Below, piece after piece: positions 57,801 to 64,000 of a stretch of 64,000 nt of DNA. The translations under genes and the position numbers were made by a program. Each line of letters starts with the position of its first letter. Within the stretch, counting starts at the first letter, position 1. A model generated the notes under the pieces. That model made no database searches. It worked only from the letters and a program-made list of their open reading frames with translations, and was not told the origin of the DNA. Source of the stretch: the human T2T-CHM13v2.0 reference genome, Homo sapiens; the NCBI RefSeq assembly GCF_009914755.1, contig NC_060933.1. One strand, 5' to 3'.

Positions 57801-58280
57801 AAGCGAGTGCAGGGGAATGGAATGGAATGGAATGCAATGGAATGGAATCTTCCGGAATGGAATGGAATGGAATGGAATGGAATGAAATGCAATGGATTCA
57901 ACTCGATTGCAATGGAATGTAATAGAATGGGATGGAATGGAATGGAATGGAATTAACCCGAATAGAATGGAATGGAATGGAATGGACCGGAATGGAACGG
58001 AATGGAATGCAATGGAATGGAATGGAATGGAATGGAACGGAATGGAATGGAATGGAGTTAACCCGAATAGAATGGAATGGAATGGAATGGAACGGAATGG
58101 AACGGAATGGAATGGAATGGAATGGTATGGAATGGAATGGAATGGTACGGAATAGAATGGAATGGAACGAATTGTAATGGAATGGAATTGAATGGAATGG
58201 AATGGAATGGAATGGAATCAACGCGAGTGCAGGGGAATGTAATGGAACGGAATGCAATGGAATGGAATCATCCGGAATGG
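54850..58280 (+). repeat. Rearranged, more diverged paralog of about 17030-20250
   Basis: GGAATCCAATGG (about 17247/55044); ORF pairs 17290/55087, 18014/55706, 18258/56320, 19267/57309 and 19865/57892, with offsets stepping between about 37.7 and 38.1 kb. Confidence 0.8.
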
Positions 58281-61200
58281 AATGGAATGGAATGGAATGG
58301 AATTGAATGGAATGGAAACAACCAGAATGGATTGGAATATAATGGAGTGTAAGGGAATTGAATAGAATCAATCTGAATGTAATGAAATGGAATGGAACGG
58401 AATGGAATGGAATGGAATGGAATCGAATGGAATGGAATGGAATGGAATCAACCCGAGTGCAATGGAATGGATTCGAATGGAATGGAATGGAGTGGAATGG
58501 ATTCAACCCGAATGGAATGGAAAGGAATGGAATCAACCCGAGTGGAATGGCATGGAATGGAATGGAATGGAATGGAATGGAATGGAATGGTTCGGAATAG
58601 AATGGATTGGAACAAAATGGAATGGAATGGAATGGAATGGAATGGAATGGAATCAAGTCGATTGCAATGGAATAGAATGGAATGGAATGGAACGGATTGG
58701 AATGGAATGGAATGGAATGGAATGGAATTAAATGGAATGGAAAGGAATGTAATCAACCCGAGTACAGGGGAAAGGAATGGAATGGAATGCAATGGAATGG
58801 AATGGAATGGAATGGAACGGAATGGAATGGAATGGAATCAACCCGAGTGGAATGGCATGGAATGGAATGCAATGGAATGGAATGGAATGGAATCAACTCG
58901 AGTGGAAAGGAATGGAATGGAATGGAAAGGAATGGAATGAAATCAACTCGAGTGGAATGGAATGGAATGGAATGGATTGGAATGGATTGCAATGGAATGA
59001 AATGGAATGCAATGGAATGGAATCAATCATTCTGAGTGGAATGGAAGGGAATGTAATGGAGTGGAAAGAAGGGAATGGAATCAACCGGAGTAGAATGCAA
59101 GGCAATGGAATGGAATGGAAAGGAATGGAGTGGAATCAACCCGATTGCAATGGAATGGAATGGAATGGAAAGGAAAGGAATGGAATGAAATGGAATGCAA
59201 TGGAATGCAATGGAATGGAATCAACCCGAGTGGAATGGAATGGAAAGGACTGGAATGGAATGGAATGGAATGCAATAAACTCGAATGTAATGGAATGTAA
59301 TGGAATGGAATGGAATGGAATGGAATCAACTTGATTGGAATGGAATGGAATGGAATGGAATGGAATGGAATGGAATGGAATCATCCGGAATGGAATTTAA
59401 TGGAATGGAATGCAAAGCAATGGAATCAACTCGATTGCAATGGAATGGAATGGAATGGAAAGGAATAGAATGGAATCAACCCGAGTGGAATGGAATGGAG
59501 TGGAATGGAATGGAATGGAATGGAATCAACCCGAGTGCAATGGAATGGATTGGAATGGAATGGAATGGAATGGAACAACCCGAATGGAATGGAATGTAAT
59601 GGAGAGTAAGGGAGTTGAATAGAATCAATCCGAATGTAATGGAGTGGAATGCAACGGAATGGAATGGAATGGAATGCAATGGAATGGAATGCAAAGGAAT
59701 GGAATCAACCCGAGTGGAATGGCATGGAATGGAATGCAATGGATTGGAATGGAATGGAATCAACTCGAGTGGAAAGGAATGGAATGGAATGGAAAGGAAT
59801 GGAATGAAGTCAACTCGAGTGGAATGGAATGGAATGGAATGGATTGGAATGGATTGCAATGGAATGAAATGGAATGGAATGGAATGGAATCAATCATTCC
59901 GAGTGGAATGGAAGGGAATGTAATGGAGTGGAAAGAAGGGAATGGAATCAACCCGAGTGGAATGCAAGGCAATGGAATGGAATGGAAAGGAATGGAATGG
60001 AATCAACTCGATTGCAATGGAATGGAATGGAATGGAATGGAATGGAATGGAATGGAATGGAATGGAATGGAATGGAATTAACCGGAATAGAATGGAATGG
60101 AATGGAATGGAACGGAATGGAATGGAATGGAAGGGAATGGAATCAACACGAGTGCAGGGGAATGGAATGGAATGGAATGCAATGGAATGGAATCATCCGG
60201 TATGGAAAGGAATGGAATGGAATCAACTCCATTGCAATGGAATGGAATGAAATGGAATGGAATGGAATAGAATGGAATGGAATTAACCCGAATAGAATGG
60301 AATGCAATAGAATGGAATGCAACGGAACCGAATGGAGTGGAATGGAATGGAATGGAATCAACCCGAGTAGAATGGAAGGGAATGGAATGGAATGGAAACT
60401 AATAGAATGGAATCAAACCGAGTGGAATGGAATGGAAAGGACTGGAATGGAAAGGAATGGAATGGAATGGAATGGAATGGAATGGAATGGAATGAACCCG
60501 AATAGAATGGAATGGAATGGAATGGAACGGAACGGAATGCAATGGAATGGAATGGAATGGAATGGAATGGAACCGAAAGGAATGGAATGGAATGGAATGG
60601 AGTGGAATGGAATGGAATCAACGTGAGTGCAGGGGAATGGAATGGAATGGAATGCAATGGAGTGGAATCTTCCGGAATGGAATGGAAAGGAATGGAATGG
60701 AATGGAACGGAATCAACCCGAGTGCAATGGAATGGAGTGGAATGGAATGAAACAACCCGAATGGAATGGAATGTAATGGAGCGTAAGGGAGTTGAATAGA
60801 ATCAATCCGAATGTAATGGAATGGAATGGAACGGAATGGAATTGAATGGAATGGAATGGAATGCAATGGAATGGAATCAACCCGAGTGCAATGGAATGGA
60901 GAGGAATGGAATGGAATGGAATGGAAACTACCCGAATGGAATGGAATGGAATGCAGTGTAAGGGAATTGAATAGAATCAATCCGAATGTAATGGAATGGA
61001 ACGGAATGGAATGGAATGGAATGGAATGGAATGCAATGGAATGGAATCTTCCGGAATGGAATGGAATGGAATGGAATGGAATGAAATGCAATGGATTCAA
61101 CTCGACTGCAATGGAATGCAATAGAATGGAATGGAATGGATTGAAATGGAATGGAATTAACCCGAATAGAATGGAATGGAATGGAATGGAACGGAATGCA

Positions 61201-64000
61201 ACTGAATGGAATGGAATGGAATGGAATGGAATGGAATTGAATGGAATGGTACGGAATAGAATGGAATGGAACGAATTGTAATGGAATGGAATTGAATGGA
61301 ATGGAATGGAATGGAATCAACACGAGTGCAGGGGAATGGAATGGAACGGAATGCAATGGAATGGAATCATCCGGAATGGAATGGAATGGAATGGAAAGGA
61401 ATGGAATGGAATCAACCCGAGTGCAATGGAATGGAGTGGAATGGAATGGAATGGAATGGAACAACCTGAATGGAATGTAACGTAATGGAGTGTAAGTGAA
61501 TTGAATAGAATGAATCCGAATGGAATGGAATGGAATGGAAAGGAATGGAATGGAATGGAATGGAATGGAATGGAATGGAATGGAATGCAATGCCATGGAA
61601 TCAACACGAGTGCAAACGAATGGAATCGAATGGAATGGAATGCAATGGAATGGATTCATCTTGAATGGAATGGAAAGAATGGAATCAACACGAGTGGAAT
61701 GGCATGGATTGGAATGGAATGGAATGGAATCAACCCGAGTACAGGGGAAAGGAATGGAATGGAATGGAATGGAATGGAATCATCCGTAATGTAATGGAAA
61801 GGAATGGAATGGAATGGAATGGAATGGAATGGAATGGAATCAACTCGATTACAATCGAATGGAATGGAATGGAATTAACCCGAATAGAATGGAATGGAAT
61901 GGAATGGAATGGAACGGAACGGAATGGAATGGAATGGAACGGAACGGAACGGAATGGAATGGAATGGAATGGAATGGAATGGAATGGAATGGAATCAAAG
62001 CGAGTGCAGGGGAATGGAATGGAATGGAATGCAATGGAATGGAATCTTCCGGAATGGAATGGAATGGAATGGAATGGAATGAAATGCAATGGATTCAACT
62101 CGATTGCAATGGAATGTAATAGAATGGGATGGAATGGAATGGAATGGAATTAACCCGAATAGAATGGAATGGAATGGAATGGACCGGAATGGAACGGAAT
62201 GGAATGCAATGGAATGGAATGGAATGGAATGGAACGGAATGGAATGGAATGGAGTTAACCCGAATAGAATGGAATGGAATGGAATGGAACGGAATGGAAC
62301 GGAATGGAATGGAATGGAATGGAATGGAATGGTATGGAATGGAATGGAATGGTACGGAATAGAATGGAATGGAACGAATTGTAATGGAATGGAATTGAAT
62401 GGAATGGAATGGAATGGAATGGAATCAACGCGAGTGCAGGGGAATGTAATGGAACGGAATGCAATGGAATGGAATCATCCGGAATGGAATGGAATGGAAT
62501 GGAATGGAATTGAATGGAATGGAAACAACCAGAATGGATTGGAATATAATGGAGTGTAAGGGAATTGAATAGAATCAATCTGAATGTAATGAAATGGAAT
62601 GGAACGGAATGGAATGGAATGGAATGGAATCGAATGGAATGGAATGGAATGGAATCAACCCGAGTGCAATGGAATGGATTCGAATGGAATGGAATGGAGT
62701 GGAATGGATTCAACCCGAATGGAATGGAAAGGAATGGAATCAACCCGAGTGGAATGGCATGGAATGGAATGGAATGGAATGGAATGGAATGGAATGGTTC
62801 GGAATAGAATGGATTGGAACAAAATGGAATGGAATGGAATGGAATGGAATGGAATGGAATCAAGTCGATTGCAATGGAATAGAATGGAATGGAATGGAAC
62901 GGATTGGAATGGAATGGAATGGAATGGAATGGAATTAAATGGAATGGAAAGGAATGTAATCAACCCGAGTACAGGGGAAAGGAATGGAATGGAATGCAAT
63001 GGAATGGAATGGAATGGAATGGAACGGAATGGAATGGAATGGAATCAACCCGAGTGGAATGGCATGGAATGGAATGCAATGGAATGGAATGGAATGGAAT
63101 CAACTCGAGTGGAAAGGAATGGAATGGAATGGAAAGGAATGGAATGAAATCAACTCGAGTGGAATGGAATGGAATGGAATGGATTGGAATGGATTGCAAT
63201 GGAATGAAATGGAATGCAATGGAATGGAATCAATCATTCTGAGTGGAATGGAAGGGAATGTAATGGAGTGGAAAGAAGGGAATGGAATCAACCGGAGTAG
63301 AATGCAAGGCAATGGAATGGAATGGAAAGGAATGGAGTGGAATCAACCCGATTGCAATGGAATGGAATGGAATGGAAAGGAAAGGAATGGAATGAAATGG
63401 AATGCAATGGAATGCAATGGAATGGAATCAACCCGAGTGGAATGGAATGGAAAGGACTGGAATGGAATGGAATGGAATGCAATAAACTCGAAAGTAATGG
63501 AATGTAATGGAATGGAATGGAATGGAATGGAATCAACTTGATTGGAATGGAATGGAATGGAATGGAATGGAATGGAATGGAATGGAATCATCCGGAATGG
63601 AATTTAATGGAATGGAATGCAAAGCAATGGAATCAACTCGATTGCAATGGAATGGAATGGAATGGAAAGGAATAGAATGGAATCAACCCGAGTGGAATGG
63701 AATGGAGTGGAATGGAATGGAATGGAATGGAATCAACCCGAGTGCAATGGAATGGATTGGAATGGAATGGAATGGAATGGAACAACCCGAATGGAATGGA
63801 ATGTAATGGAGAGTAAGGGAGTTGAATAGAATCAATCCGAATGTAATGGAGTGGAATGCAACGGAATGGAATGGAATGGAATGCAATGGAATGGAATGCA
63901 AAGGAATGGAATCAACCCGAGTGGAATGGCATGGAATGGAATGCAATGGATTGGAATGGAATGGAATCAACTCGAGTGGAAAGGAATGGAATGGAATGGA
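56290..64000 (+). repeat. Near-identical tandem duplication, unit about 4.2 kb (56290-60480 / 60490-window end)
   Basis: ORF pairs 56320/60512, 57309/61501 (offset 4192) and 58358/62565, 59410/63617 (offset 4207), with nearly identical translations. Confidence 0.95.

Larger units (their letters stand above)
1..64000 (+). repeat. Human satellite III (HSat3) array, (GGAAT)n with CAACCCGA(G/A)T-type decamer interruptions; G/A-rich strand is +
   Basis: Seen: GGAAT pentamers from base 1 to 64000 with recurrent CAACCCGAGT/TAACCCGAAT/CAACTCGATT modules. Established: (ATTCC)n interspersed with A(C/T)TCGGGTTG is the classical definition of human satellite 3. Confidence 0.98.
1..64000 (+). repeat. Probable chromosome 9q12-type SatIII subfamily (pHuR98-like, HSat3B5)
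   Basis: Seen: AATCAACCCGAGTGCAATCGAATGGAATCG at about 4101, 5320, 6188, 6612, 8668, 9546, 24865, 25713, 28685, 29573, 29992 and 32903. From memory this matches the Hur98 primer sequence used for chr9 SatIII. Not checked against a database. Confidence 0.6.

Noticed and set aside
1-64000. CRISPR-like alternation of conserved modules and variable linkers
   Set aside because: The 'spacers' are GGAAT runs, not unique sequence. There is no constant repeat length, no leader and no cas genes.
1-64000. HSat2, or DYZ1-like regular 3.4-3.6 kb higher-order repeat suggested by the 3.35-kb offsets
   Set aside because: Pentamers are well conserved with CAACCCGAGT modules, not the degenerate CATTCGATTC/ATG pattern of HSat2. 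The 3.35-kb spacing is local (two-unit pairs of differing content), not array-wide.
1-64000. Telomeric repeat or canonical G-quadruplex
   Set aside because: No TTAGGG arrays. GGG/GGGG runs are isolated, not four closely spaced tracts.
1-64000. Transposon insertion (Alu/L1), inversion breakpoint or array boundary
   Set aside because: I saw no poly-A tail, no non-satellite stretch and no CCATT-oriented segment on the + strand.

Overview
The whole 64 kb window is one uninterrupted array of human-type satellite III (HSat3). It consists of (GGAAT)n on the + strand, interrupted every few pentamers by a limited vocabulary of variant modules such as CAACCCGAGT, CAACTCGATT, TAACCCGAAT and CATCCG/CTTCCG. 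It contains AATCAACCCGAGTGCAATCGAATGGAATCG, which I recall as typical of chromosome 9q12 SatIII (pHuR98/HSat3B5 type); that assignment is tentative. I find no genes, RNA genes, transposons or CRISPR arrays, no unique sequence and no strand inversion. All ORFs in the track are the MEWNG/FHSIP translation artefact of a stop-free 5-bp repeat. The array has no single fixed higher-order period. It is a nested mosaic of duplications: about 12.7 kb at 23.4 kb spacing, tandem units of about 5.25, 4.2, 3.35, 1.44 and 0.93-0.95 kb, and 50-200 bp micro-duplications. These are built from fixed-length cassettes joined by variable pentamer linkers. Three observations stand out: (i) about 48 perfect three-unit heat-shock elements (gGAAt-cTTCc-gGAAt), one base away from the common CATCC sister module; (ii) variant sharing that implies local homogenisation after the large duplication; (iii) junctions that let the duplication order be reconstructed. 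I do not see a new protein-coding system. All coordinates, counts and alignments were read by eye and from the ORF track, so block boundaries are approximate (tens of bp).
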